A stretch of 64,000 bases of DNA from a virus: the IMG/VR virus record IMGVR_UViG_3300046736_000122, positions 9,277-73,276 of that record. One strand, given 5' to 3'. A program made the translations under genes and the position numbers. Positions within the stretch are counted from its first letter, which is position 1. Each line of letters starts with the position of its first letter. The notes under the pieces are model-generated. The model worked only from the letters and a program-made list of their open reading frames with translations, was not told the origin of the DNA and did not search any database. Positions 54,580 to 64,000 of this stretch are shown here, in pieces.

Positions 54580-56382
54580 ATGGGCCTGCTCGACCCGCCG
54601 TTTGATCTCCTGCTCGACGGCCGCGATGTCGACATCGTGCTGGGCGCGGCGTCCACGGCCGTCGACCTTGACTTGTCGATGGAGAAGTCGCTGCACCTGT
54701 CGATCACGGTGGCCGACCAGCAGCGCAAGCTTTTCGCGGCCGGGATCCTCGACACAGACCACAACGGCCGGCTTGACAAACGGCTGGACATCCGGGTTGG
54801 GGAGGCGTGGTATCGCCTCGCGTCCGCCGACAAGCAGGGTGACGCGTTCACGCTCGCTTGCGAGGACCGCTCCGCGGCGATCCTACGGGCCGCGCGCGGT
54901 CCGCTCAAGCCGCGTGACGGCGAGGACCATGTCCGGTTCGTCAAGCATCTCTGCGCGCTGTCGGGCGTGCCGTTCGCCACGCCGACAGGGGTCGCTGTCG
55001 CCGAGGCGCTGACGGCCCGCAAGCACAAGGAGGCGCGCGCTGCCGCGGACCAGCGCCGCGAGAAGGGGATCGCCGAAGGCGCCGACCTGAAGATCAAGGG
55101 CGAGACGGCGAAGGCCGAGCAGATCCGCAACATCGAGATCACGTGCGGGGTCGCGGCCAAGGAGAAGGCCGGCATGCTCGCTCAGGTCGCGATGCATTGC
55201 GCGGCGATCGGCGAGTCGAACTACACGAACGCGCCGCCGAACAGGGGCGGCTACCGCGACGTGTTCCAAGGCACGTTCTCGGGCGTTGCGTTGCAGGCGC
55301 ACTACTTCCTGCGCGGTGGCCGCGGCTTCAACCAGGGCGGCGCGATCGCACTGGCCAAGGCGCACCCTGGCATGTCGCCCGGGGAGATCGCAACGCGCGT
55401 CGAAACGAGCGGCGAGCCGGCCGAGTTCTACGGCAAGTACGAGGCCGAGGCGCGCGCGATCATCGCGCACTACGCAGGCGCGGATCGCAGCGGCCAAGCC
55501 TCGCGCACCACGGCCGCGGTGCTGGTGCAGCGAGGGACGCCACAGAGCCCGCAGGAATCGTCGCTGACGGCCATTACGCGCATCGGGGCAGCGAAGGGCT
55601 ACCGGGCGTTCTTTGACCGCAACACGCTCATTTACGCCGACGAGCACGACCTGATCGACAGCCGCGTCTTGGCGATCCTCTCGGAGGACTCACAGGGCGT
55701 GGATTGGATCGACGGCCAGAACGATCCGGGGCAGAAAACGAACACCGCGTCGCTTCAGGTTCTGGCGAAGTTGTGGTCGGTGCCGCAGGGCTCGGCGATC
55801 ATCGTCCGCGAGACAGGCTTTCTGAATGGCCGGTGGCTCGTGTCGTCGGTGAAGCAGGCGCGGTTCTCTGTGGTGGCGTCGATCGAGCTTCGCCGCGGCA
55901 GCGAGTTGTTGCAGCCGGAGGCGACGGCCGAGGTGGCGTCGAGCACGGGCCCGATCGTTATCGGCGGCACGCAGAGCGGCGGCATCGACAGCACCGACCT
56001 CTACGCGATCTGCGAGCACATCTCATCGCAGCACCGCGGCTACCTCTACGGCGGCGGCCACGCGGGGACGCTGGCGGGCATCGCTCCGAACGCGCCGCTT
56101 GACTGCTCGTCCTCGACGTCGCTCGCCCTCAAGCGCGCGGGGATGTTCACGCCGACGACGGCTTGGGTGTCCGGGCAGTTCGCGAGCTCGTGGGGGCAGG
56201 CAGGTCGAGGCGAGGAGTTCACGGTGTGGGCGAACGACGGTCACGTCTGGATCCAGTTCCACGGCGCGCACGCCGGCTGGAACTTCAACACGGCGGGCCA
56301 CGATGGCGACCGCGGCCCGCGGCTCGTGCGCAACAACTACAGTTCGTCGGGCTTCACGGCTCGCCATTGGTCGAATCGATGA
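54580..56382 (+). CDS. Baseplate hub with lysozyme-like insert and C-terminal NlpC/P60-like peptidase
   Basis: LACEDR hub motif; IGESN..VFQ..RVETSG; YLYGGGH..DCSSSTS..GHVWI. Confidence 0.8.
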   Translation: MGLLDPPFDLLLDGRDVDIVLGAASTAVDLDLSMEKSLHLSITVADQQRKLFAAGILDTDHNGRLDKRLDIRVGEAWYRLASADKQGDAFTLACEDRSAAILRAARGPLKPRDGEDHVRFVKHLCALSGVPFATPTGVAVAEALTARKHKEARAAADQRREKGIAEGADLKIKGETAKAEQIRNIEITCGVAAKEKAGMLAQVAMHCAAIGESNYTNAPPNRGGYRDVFQGTFSGVALQAHYFLRGGRGFNQGGAIALAKAHPGMSPGEIATRVETSGEPAEFYGKYEAEARAIIAHYAGADRSGQASRTTAAVLVQRGTPQSPQESSLTAITRIGAAKGYRAFFDRNTLIYADEHDLIDSRVLAILSEDSQGVDWIDGQNDPGQKTNTASLQVLAKLWSVPQGSAIIVRETGFLNGRWLVSSVKQARFSVVASIELRRGSELLQPEATAEVASSTGPIVIGGTQSGGIDSTDLYAICEHISSQHRGYLYGGGHAGTLAGIAPNAPLDCSSSTSLALKRAGMFTPTTAWVSGQFASSWGQAGRGEEFTVWANDGHVWIQFHGAHAGWNFNTAGHDGDRGPRLVRNNYSSSGFTARHWSNR

Positions 56383-56855
56383 GCGCCGGCTCCCTGCTCC
56401 CCGATCCGCCCGCGGGCCTCGGCCCCGGCATCCACGCGGCCGAAGTCTCGCGGCTGGACCCGTTCGCGGTCACCCTCGACAACTACGGCACGACGTACGA
56501 GAGCGCGGCGACATGGGTGGCCGCGGGGCAGGTGCCGGCGCGCGGCGATCGGGTACTCGCGGTCATCGACGACAAGGTCAAGGTGTGGGCTTTCCCGGCC
56601 GCGGCCATGCCCGTGATCGACATCGACGCGCTCGCCGCGGCCGTCATCGAACGGATGTGGCAGACGGGGGACCTGCGCCACACGCTGCGCTCAACGGCCG
56701 CGGACGGATGGCTCATGTTCGACGGCCAGGCCGTCACGACCAGTTATGCGGCGCTGCGCGAGTTGTTGATCGCGGAGGGATCGCCGTGGGGCGTGAGCGG
56801 CAGCGACCCGCTGCTACCGGCTGCCGAGAACGTATCGATCGAGGTCAAAACGTGA
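56379..56855 (+). CDS. Baseplate spike-like protein with tail-collar-like domain
   Basis: PARGDRVL; TGDLR..GWLMFDGQAV..YAAL. Confidence 0.65.
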   Translation: MSAGSLLPDPPAGLGPGIHAAEVSRLDPFAVTLDNYGTTYESAATWVAAGQVPARGDRVLAVIDDKVKVWAFPAAAMPVIDIDALAAAVIERMWQTGDLRHTLRSTAADGWLMFDGQAVTTSYAALRELLIAEGSPWGVSGSDPLLPAAENVSIEVKT

Positions 56856-56895
56856 TGGACCCCGGGCAGCGCGCCACGGCGAAGATGAGACAGGC

Positions 56896-59610
56896 ATGAG
56901 TCCCTTCGTCCCGAAGAACTGGCTTGATCGGCCACCGGCCGTAGACCCGTTCGGCGGCGAGTCTGTGCGCGATTGGCTGATCCGTTGCGGGGCATATGCG
57001 GCGGCTAACCCGACGCTTGTGACACCGTTGTCTGCCGCGGCGTTGGAGGACTTGGAGACGCGACTGGCGAGCTACACCGATGCTGAGGTGGCCGCGGCGA
57101 AGGGTGCGGTGGAAAGCAGCCAACCTCGCCGAATCAGCGTCGCCGCGCGCGGGATCATTGGCGACGGGAGCGACTGCCAACCGGGGCTGCAGGCTATCGC
57201 CGATGAGATCAAGGCCGGACCACCGGGCATCTACGAGGTGTTCTTCGCGGACCCGGAACCGGGCGCGTTCTACCGATGCGACGACGAGGTCGATTGGGGC
57301 CTGCCGAACACAAGCGGAAAACGCCTGCGACTGCTCGGGCAGGGTGACACCCGAGTGCTGGCGAACTTCGCTGGTGCTGACAAGGCGCTGTTCCGTGGCG
57401 TGAACGTCGGGGCGCGCCACTGTCCTGGCAGCATCGATGGGTTCGTTCTAGGACATGTTTCTCAGGACGTGGTGCATCCACTCTTGCTGTGGGTGGACGG
57501 GGCGGGCGAGTGGACGGTAGGAAGGTTGCGCACGCTCGGGGCGAACAACACAGCCGTCCGGCTTACCGGCTGCCAGAACTTACGGGCCAACAACGAGTCC
57601 GGCATCTACAACTACTTCGGAGGCCACCCGTGGATCTACAAGGACACGACGGGCATTACCTTCACGTGTGCCCCCGGCAGCTTCACGGTGACGGCATCGG
57701 CTTCCGTCTTCTCGGCTAGCGACGTCGGGCGCTGGTTCACGCTGCATTCGGCCACGGGCAACTTCACTCGGTATCACTTCGTGATCGCGGCCGTGACCGA
57801 CGCCACGCACGCCACTCTCTCAATCCCACAGGGTCTTGCGTCCTCCAACATGCCGACGCTGACAGCTCAGAAGGGATACTTCGAGCAGGCGCGGTGCTCT
57901 ATGGACGACGACGGCACCACGCTGGTCGCCGACGCCGACGTCTTCGTCCCGGAGCACGTCGGGATGCGCCTCTTTGTGCGCAACGGGGCGCTCATCGGCT
58001 CGCCGGCCACCACGCCCCGCCTGCTCAAGGCGACGATCATCGCCTACGTCGGTCCCAGCACGGTCGAGGTCGATACACCCGCCCAGCTTGACGTCAGTAG
58101 CGAACCGTTCTGCACACCAGGCATCGAGATTAGCGGAGCCGACTACGACACCGGCTCGAACAGCGGCGTCGATCTATGTCTGCCGAACATCCAGGTTGAG
58201 AACGGCATCGGCGTACCGCTGCTGGTCCAGGATGCGTCGCAATTTCTTGCCGACCACTGCAAGGTCGAGCCGATCACGAACCCTACGGCGACGCTGCAGT
58301 GCCAGTCGCACCTATGGCTGGACAACGTCTCCGGGTCGTTTACTGGGCTAATGCTCTCAGGGAGCTCCCACGGGTGGTTCCCGATCTCGGTCACGGGGCA
58401 GCAGCAGATCATCCGGTTTTCCGGGACCGAGTCGCGGCTGGGGATGTGGTTTCCGCTGTTCACACTCGGCGAGATCCACGACAGCAACGGTGGCGTCTTA
58501 CTGGATGGGCTCTTGCGCCTGAACGGCAACACGTTGCCGTTCTACATCGCCGAGGACCCAAACGCGCCGGACGACCCGCGGTTCTTCCTCACCGGGATGG
58601 TCGATGGCGACCGCACCGTTGAGGACCCGCGCGTCTTCCTTGGCACGGATCTGTTCGCCGAAGTTGATGGCACGCTCATCCCCGAGGATCTTCAGGCGAG
58701 CATCGGGGGTGCGGCCCAGCGCTTTCAGCACGCGTTTCTCGGGCACTTCCCGGATGTGCCTGTCCGCACGGTCGTTGCAAACACGACGATCGATAGCACG
58801 GGTAAAGACGCCATCTTGCTGCTCGACACGACGAGCGGTCCGCTCACGGCGACGCTGCCATCGGCGGCATCCGCGGGCGAAGGACGCCGGTACACGCTGA
58901 TCCGCTCGAACACGGGCGCGAATGTCGCGACGCTGATGCCCAACGGGGCACAGACGATCGGAGGGGCCAGCAGCTACCGATTCACGTTCCGAAGCCAGTT
59001 CCTACAGATCGCCAGTGACGGCACCAATTGGCGAATCACCGGCCAATCCAGTCAGCGCGACCGCCGTATCGCGGCCTTGCGCGCATCGAATTTCGCGGGC
59101 AAGCGGGTCATCCGAGAGTCCATCCCGCTGGATCAGTTCGCGCCGTCGAGCACGGCTCTTGTCAGCGGCCGACTCGAGAAGCACGCGATCTGGCTGGAGG
59201 GCGGTGACGTTCTCACCGGCCTGGGGGCGTTCGTTGGATCCACGGGAGGTTCCGTCAACACACATTTCGCGCTGAGCCTGTGGGATCTGGATGACCCGAC
59301 AGTACTCGTGAGGGCGACCGTGGATAACGGTGCGGCCGTCATCTCAGCGACGAACCCACTCCCCTTGGATTGGCTGGCAGGCGACACATGGACCGTGCCC
59401 GTCTCGGGCCTGTGGTATATCGGTGTGCAGTGGGTCGGGACAGGTACGATTCCGACGCTCTATTCGCTCGCGACGGCTACGAACCCGACCAACTCGGTGG
59501 TGCCTCCATTGTCGGGCACGGCTGACACGGGCCTCACGACCGGGACGCCACCGAACCCGTCCGCAGCGCTAATCGCAAAGAGCGGCTACGCCTATGTCGT
59601 TGCGTACTGA
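56896..59610 (+). CDS. Large tailspike/receptor-binding-like protein (beta-helix-like)
   Basis: TPLSAAALEDLE, GIIGDGSD..LQA, TATLPSAA..GAQTIGG..SDGTNW. Confidence 0.7.
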   Translation: MSPFVPKNWLDRPPAVDPFGGESVRDWLIRCGAYAAANPTLVTPLSAAALEDLETRLASYTDAEVAAAKGAVESSQPRRISVAARGIIGDGSDCQPGLQAIADEIKAGPPGIYEVFFADPEPGAFYRCDDEVDWGLPNTSGKRLRLLGQGDTRVLANFAGADKALFRGVNVGARHCPGSIDGFVLGHVSQDVVHPLLLWVDGAGEWTVGRLRTLGANNTAVRLTGCQNLRANNESGIYNYFGGHPWIYKDTTGITFTCAPGSFTVTASASVFSASDVGRWFTLHSATGNFTRYHFVIAAVTDATHATLSIPQGLASSNMPTLTAQKGYFEQARCSMDDDGTTLVADADVFVPEHVGMRLFVRNGALIGSPATTPRLLKATIIAYVGPSTVEVDTPAQLDVSSEPFCTPGIEISGADYDTGSNSGVDLCLPNIQVENGIGVPLLVQDASQFLADHCKVEPITNPTATLQCQSHLWLDNVSGSFTGLMLSGSSHGWFPISVTGQQQIIRFSGTESRLGMWFPLFTLGEIHDSNGGVLLDGLLRLNGNTLPFYIAEDPNAPDDPRFFLTGMVDGDRTVEDPRVFLGTDLFAEVDGTLIPEDLQASIGGAAQRFQHAFLGHFPDVPVRTVVANTTIDSTGKDAILLLDTTSGPLTATLPSAASAGEGRRYTLIRSNTGANVATLMPNGAQTIGGASSYRFTFRSQFLQIASDGTNWRITGQSSQRDRRIAALRASNFAGKRVIRESIPLDQFAPSSTALVSGRLEKHAIWLEGGDVLTGLGAFVGSTGGSVNTHFALSLWDLDDPTVLVRATVDNGAAVISATNPLPLDWLAGDTWTVPVSGLWYIGVQWVGTGTIPTLYSLATATNPTNSVVPPLSGTADTGLTTGTPPNPSAALIAKSGYAYVVAY

Positions 59611-59815
59611 CCCGCACCTCGTCGTGAGTCTGCACGACATCGAGATCCATGCCACCTGGGATGACGCGATAGCGCGAGCCGACGAGCTTCCTGGTGCATC
59701 GTCGGTTTTACCGATGATCGCGGCGACTCAGGTCGATCGCGGGATGACTGCTTTGCGATGTGCCCTACGCGGAGCGCTTCGCCGCACCGTCCCACTTCAT
59801 CGGAGGACGATATGA
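59594..59815 (+). CDS. Hypothetical protein
   Basis: Fills the gap; ATGA-coupled to next gene. Confidence 0.4.
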   Translation: MSLRTDPHLVVSLHDIEIHATWDDAIARADELPGASSVLPMIAATQVDRGMTALRCALRGALRRTVPLHRRTI

Positions 59816-60252
59816 CCGTCCCCGGCCTCGACTTATCGGTGTCCGCTGACCTGCTCCCGGCAACGCCCCGGGCGCCGCGGGCAGCGGCTATAGCCGCTGC
59901 GGCAGTAGCGGTGAAGCACGACACGCCGCACCTCGCTTTTCCGTTTCGCTACGAAAACGGCGCGTTCGTCGAAGTAGACCAAGACTCCATTGAGCACATG
60001 CGCGACCGCATCCACGTCCTCGTCCGCACCCGGTTGGGCTCGCGGCTGGACGATCCATCGTTCGGGATCCCCGACGATCTCGAGCGCGCTGGCGGCGTGA
60101 ACATCGACGCGTTGGCCGCGGCAATCGGCTCATCGGAGCCGGACATCCCGGTGCTCATCACGGTGCCCGGTGACGAGGGCCACGACGATCCCGGCCACGT
60201 CGTCCTGCCGAGTAGCACGGCTGCGATCCACCTCCGCGTCGGGGCTGGCTGA
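59812..60252 (+). CDS. Baseplate wedge gp25/W-like protein
   Basis: HLAFPFR..VDQDS..TRLGSR..PSFGIPD. Confidence 0.8.
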   Translation: MTVPGLDLSVSADLLPATPRAPRAAAIAAAAVAVKHDTPHLAFPFRYENGAFVEVDQDSIEHMRDRIHVLVRTRLGSRLDDPSFGIPDDLERAGGVNIDALAAAIGSSEPDIPVLITVPGDEGHDDPGHVVLPSSTAAIHLRVGAG

Positions 60253-60253
60253 T

Positions 60254-61657
60254 ATGCCTGAGCCGATCGGCGTAGCGCTTCCGACGGACCCCGAAGAGCT
60301 CGCGGCGCTCGCGTTCGACTCGCTCGAGGCCGCGTTCCCCGGCTGGGACCGGTCGCGCGGCGACGCGATGTCGCAGATGGTGCGTGCTCATGCGCGGCTG
60401 TGCGCGGTGGAGAACGAGACGGCCTCGGAGATGTCCTACGAGGCGCTCCGGTGGCTCGCGTTGTGGGTCGACGGGCTGCCGGTCGGGTTGGCGACACCGG
60501 CGCAGACCACGGCGACCGTCGTCGCCGTCGACAGCGCGGGCTACACGGTAAGGGACGGCATGCGCTTCGAGGTCCGCACGAGCGGCGATACCGGGGTCGT
60601 GTTCGTGGCTGTCGGCGACATCGTCATTCCGCCGCTGTCGACATCCACGGCCGAGGGCGAAGTCGTCCTCATCGCGGAGACAGCAGGCGCGGCCGGCTCG
60701 GGGCTGCCCGACATGTCCGAGGTCGTTCCGGTCGACGCGCTCGCATGGATCGAGAGCGTGACGCTTGAGGAGGTCACGACAGGCGGCACGGACAGCCAGA
60801 CGGACGACGAGCACTTGGCGCAATGGGTGGCCTTGCGAGCACTGGCCAACGACACGCCGATCCTGGCGGCCGACGGCGCGGCGCTCATCCGGGCGCTACT
60901 CCCCGGCGTTGGCCGCACGCTCGGGCTGGACAACTACGATGAGGCCGACGGCCTCTTCAACCACGAAAAAACGTACCGGGTGGCCGCCACCGATCTCACT
61001 GGAAATCCGCTCGGATCGGGGCTGAAAGCCGACGCGCTCGCACTGCTGCAAGCTCGCCGCGAGGTCGGGTTCGATCTCGGGATTCTCGACGCGACCTACT
61101 CGACCATCGACGTGGCGGTGGAGTTCACCGTTCACGCGGGGTTCGATGTCGACGCGGCCGAAGAGGTTGTCATCGCGGCGCTCACGACCTATCTCGACCC
61201 GCTCGTCTGGAGCACCTCGGCCAACAGCGACGGGGACGAATGGCGCGCGCTCGCGGCGGTCTACTTCTTCGAGGTCATTGCGCTGGTGAACGGTGTCGAG
61301 CCGGTAGACCGTGTCACGGCGCTGACCTTGGGCCGCGTGCAGTCGGCAACGGGCGTGGCCTCGACGGACCTGTTCACGATCACGGGCCACGGCTTGTCTG
61401 CGGGTGCCCCGCTCGTGTTCGAGGATCTCGTCGGCGGTGCCGGCATCACGGCCGGTCAGACGTACTTCGTGATCGCTTCCGGGCTGGCCACTGACGCGCT
61501 GCGCGTCAGCGCGTCAGTGGGCGGGTCGACGATCAACTTCACCACGGACCTCACCAGCGGCACGGCGCGCAGCATGCAGGCAGCCGACGTCACCCTGCCG
61601 CAGCCGGCCGCCTTGACGCGGCCGGGCTCCATCGAGGCGGAAGGCACCGCGCCGTGA
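60254..61657 (+). CDS. Baseplate J-like protein
   Basis: AETAGAAG, GGTDSQTDDE, FEVIALV..VDRV; synteny. Confidence 0.85.
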   Translation: MPEPIGVALPTDPEELAALAFDSLEAAFPGWDRSRGDAMSQMVRAHARLCAVENETASEMSYEALRWLALWVDGLPVGLATPAQTTATVVAVDSAGYTVRDGMRFEVRTSGDTGVVFVAVGDIVIPPLSTSTAEGEVVLIAETAGAAGSGLPDMSEVVPVDALAWIESVTLEEVTTGGTDSQTDDEHLAQWVALRALANDTPILAADGAALIRALLPGVGRTLGLDNYDEADGLFNHEKTYRVAATDLTGNPLGSGLKADALALLQARREVGFDLGILDATYSTIDVAVEFTVHAGFDVDAAEEVVIAALTTYLDPLVWSTSANSDGDEWRALAAVYFFEVIALVNGVEPVDRVTALTLGRVQSATGVASTDLFTITGHGLSAGAPLVFEDLVGGAGITAGQTYFVIASGLATDALRVSASVGGSTINFTTDLTSGTARSMQAADVTLPQPAALTRPGSIEAEGTAP

Positions 61658-62271
61658 GCCCGATCCCGACGCTTACCTCGGCAGGTGCCGAGCTGTACGC
61701 CGAGCTCGACAACTTGGCGGCCGAGCTCGACGAGGACCGGGACTACGTGCTCGCGAAGGTCTGCGCGGCGCTCGGGAAGATGCGCCAGCAGTCGATGGAC
61801 CTCTTCGAGGACCGCGAGGTCAACGGGCAGTTGCGCGCCGGCTATTCGCAGATGCTCGATGTCGAGCGCGCGCCGGCGGCCGTGCTGCCCTACGTCGCGC
61901 AGTTCGTGGGCGCGGCTGTCACTGTGGGCGCGCCGGAAGAGCAGCAGCGTGGCGAGGTCAGGCGCAAGGCGGGGCAGGCGCGAGGGCGGCCGGCGTCGAT
62001 GATCTCTGCCGTGCAGGCGACGCTCACCGGCGACCGCACTGTGCGGCTCATCGAGCGGGCTGGCGGTAACGCATGGCAGGTGGTCGTCATCACTCGCACG
62101 GCGGAAACCCCGGACGCGGCGGCGACGCTGAAGGCCGCGTTGTCGCAGAAGCCAATCGGCATCGTTTTGACGCATATCGTGTCGGATGCCCCGATCATCG
62201 ACGAGATGACCCTGACGATCGACGGCCTGACAGAAGCAATCGATGACCTGACGGTTGGAGGCGTGACGTGA
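61654..62271 (+). CDS. Baseplate wedge/tail protein I-like
   Basis: LPYVAQFVG..RGRPASM..QKPIGI. Confidence 0.8.
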   Translation: MSPIPTLTSAGAELYAELDNLAAELDEDRDYVLAKVCAALGKMRQQSMDLFEDREVNGQLRAGYSQMLDVERAPAAVLPYVAQFVGAAVTVGAPEEQQRGEVRRKAGQARGRPASMISAVQATLTGDRTVRLIERAGGNAWQVVVITRTAETPDAAATLKAALSQKPIGIVLTHIVSDAPIIDEMTLTIDGLTEAIDDLTVGGVT

Positions 62272-63095
62272 GCGGCACATCCCCGAAGTGGAGCATCCCG
62301 TACTCGGGCGGCAGCGACATCGCCAACACGATCGATGATGTCGACGAGGCGAAGGTGCTGCTGCTCGACGATCTCGTGACGCCGTTCGATGCCGGCGCGC
62401 GCATCTCGAGGCCGCGCTCGAACACGGGTGGCCAGCCCGGTATCGCGGGCCGCACGTATCGGTCGCCGGACGGCGGCGTGGACTTGGATCTCGGCACGTC
62501 ATGGGCGACCTTCAAGCCGGGGTTGTTCACGGGGCTGCCGAGCGTCAGCGGCCATGCGTCGGACGGGCTCGACGAGGGCATGGAGATCCTCTACCAGACC
62601 GTGGGCATGGCGACTGCTGGCGTGGCGCCAATCGGGATGCGATACAGCAGCTCAGCGTGGCAGGAAATCGCCGGAGGGGCGCGCCGCGGGCTTGTTGGCG
62701 CCTACAAGGCAAGCGCCTCGACGGTCGCAGTGGGGACCACGATCGTGCTGGACACCACGGAGTTCAACATCGGCGGGTGGTTCAACACGACTAATGGCCT
62801 GTACGTGCCACAGGTCGCGGGCCACTATCGCATCAGTTGGATGGTGAACGCTATCAACGGGATAGCGGACTCCTACTTCCAATCAGCACTTGTCAAGAAC
62901 GGGGCGGCCACGAAAGCCTCGGCTTTCGTGTGGTCGAAGTCTGTGGGGGTTGGCGCGGGCGGAGCGGCAGTTGTGGCTGCGAACGGAACGACCGACGCAT
63001 TCGGAATTTGTGTCCAGCAGGCTCCCACGAGCCCGACCGTCAGTGGCGGGGTGACGCAGACCTACATGCATTGCGAGTTGGTCGCCGCATCTTAG
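62268..63095 (+). CDS. Tail fibre-like protein with C1q-like C-terminal domain
   Basis: LDTTEFNIGGWFNTTNGLYVPQVAGHYRI. Confidence 0.7.
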   Translation: MSGTSPKWSIPYSGGSDIANTIDDVDEAKVLLLDDLVTPFDAGARISRPRSNTGGQPGIAGRTYRSPDGGVDLDLGTSWATFKPGLFTGLPSVSGHASDGLDEGMEILYQTVGMATAGVAPIGMRYSSSAWQEIAGGARRGLVGAYKASASTVAVGTTIVLDTTEFNIGGWFNTTNGLYVPQVAGHYRISWMVNAINGIADSYFQSALVKNGAATKASAFVWSKSVGVGAGGAAVVAANGTTDAFGICVQQAPTSPTVSGGVTQTYMHCELVAAS

Positions 63096-63628
63096 ATCGC
63101 TGGGATCGGATCCAGCAGTCGGGCGCAGCGCCATGCGTAGCTGCCCAGCTGCGGCCAGCACCGACCGCCCCTACTGCGCTGACGGCGCACCTCGTAAGGC
63201 GGGAAGGCTGTCATGCAGTCGCGTGGCGCTACGAGGATGCTGGGGAACATGATGCTGCGCGGGTTGGTTGAGTGGGCCGGGTCGGTCGGGTTGCCTGAGT
63301 ACGTCACGCCGTGGAGATGCCCTCGCTCGTGGACGATCGTGGCACATAGCCCGGTGCGCGAGTCCTCTGGCACAAGAGCGATGTCGATCGTGCATGTAGC
63401 GATCAGCGCTTGGGCGTCGGCATCATCGATGCCGCGAATGGCGATGAGCGCGGCGCTTGTCATCGGGACGATGCGGGTCCGACCGTCGCACGCGTCTGGT
63501 GACCACCGCGCTTCGGCGATGCGTTGTGCGACGGGCAGGGCGGCGCGTAGGGCAGCCAGCGAGGTCGCTCCCGCGCTCGCCGGCATGACCAATGCGACCA
63601 ACAGGACGGCGAGCAGCAGGCGGCGCAT
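63092..63628 (-). CDS. Secreted metzincin (matrixin-like) metallopeptidase
   Basis: Signal peptide MRRLLLAVLLVALVMPASAGA; HERGHLHG..HSTNPRSIMFP. Confidence 0.75.
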   Translation of the reverse strand: MRRLLLAVLLVALVMPASAGATSLAALRAALPVAQRIAEARWSPDACDGRTRIVPMTSAALIAIRGIDDADAQALIATCTIDIALVPEDSRTGLCATIVHERGHLHGVTYSGNPTDPAHSTNPRSIMFPSILVAPRDCMTAFPPYEVRRQRSRGGRCWPQLGSYAWRCARLLDPIPAI

Positions 63629-63629
63629 C

Positions 63630-63812
63630 TCAGTACCTCAGCACAGCGATAGCGCCATCAAGCTCACGCTCAACTCGCGACAGTGCCTCATACAGGTCGG
63701 AGCCGGCGATGATGACACCACCGTCGTCGGGGCCGCCGTCGCGCGCGTCGAGGACCATGTCGCGGGCATCTTCGAGGCGTGAGCGGGCCGCGATGCGTTG
63801 AGCCGCGGTCAT
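63630..63812 (-). CDS. Hypothetical protein
   Basis: ATGA-coupled to upstream minus ORF; stop adjacent to peptidase start. Confidence 0.6.
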   Translation of the reverse strand: MTAAQRIAARSRLEDARDMVLDARDGGPDDGGVIIAGSDLYEALSRVERELDGAIAVLRY

Positions 63813-64000
63813 GACGAGCGCTCGGGAAACATTGCCCGGCCGGCGTCCGGGTCTTCGAGGTGCGCGTGCGCGACGTTCAACGCGTTGAAGATCGCGTCTT
63901 CCGCGATCTCGCATAGCACCGCGACGCGCGTCAGGTCGGCGGTGTCGTGGCTGTGCGTGTCGCGTGCTGCTTTGGCGAGTTCGTCTGCGGTTTCGCTGAG
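63809..64000 (-). CDS. Partial hypothetical protein
   Basis: Frame open from window end: LSETADELAKAA..MFPERSS*. Confidence 0.5.
   Translation of the reverse strand, partial: LSETADELAKAARDTHSHDTADLTRVAVLCEIAEDAIFNALNVAHAHLEDPDAGRAMFPERSS

Larger units (their letters stand above)
1..64000. mobile_element. Tailed phage/prophage genome segment, contractile (myovirus-like) tail, probable actinobacterial host
   Basis: Terminase, portal, capsid, sheath, tube, tape measure and baseplate genes in canonical order, preceded by phage replication/accessory genes; no host housekeeping genes seen. Confidence 0.95.

Noticed and set aside
49155-63095. Tailocin or extracellular contractile injection system
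   Set aside because: Terminase, portal, capsid and replication genes are linked, so it is a phage
1-64000. tRNA/rRNA genes, intact integrase, reverse transcriptase/DGR
   Set aside because: None recognised by eye; tRNAscan and HMM searches would be needed to exclude them

Overview
The window is about 64 kb of a very GC-rich (roughly 70%, by eye) tailed phage or prophage with a contractile tail, almost certainly infecting an actinobacterium: many leaderless genes, an actinophage-type TerS and DnaJ-like protein, and a GGGGGAA tail-chaperone frameshift. Positions 1-30.4 kb form a dense, translationally coupled early/accessory region. It encodes HNH and PD-(D/E)XK nucleases, a SNF2 helicase, a replication initiator, DnaB, a helicase-methyltransferase fusion, a C5 methyltransferase, a RusA-like protein, an RlaP-like nucleotidyltransferase, DUF1643, an HD hydrolase and a stand-alone TnpB. 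Positions 30.5-63.1 kb form the packaging, head, tail and baseplate module, interrupted by small antisense cassettes. Most notable: (1) an intein in the portal-MuF protein whose interior is a complete antisense gene for a Zn-finger/DUF559 endonuclease with its own putative leaderless promoter; (2) a CGGCCATGA motif at many accessory-gene stop/start joints, making many proteins end in Arg-Pro; (3) a tyrosine recombinase gene whose core is replaced by an HNH gene; (4) putatively autoregulated antisense morons; (5) a structured intergenic element in the tail operon. All product calls come from motif recognition by eye; no database searches were run.
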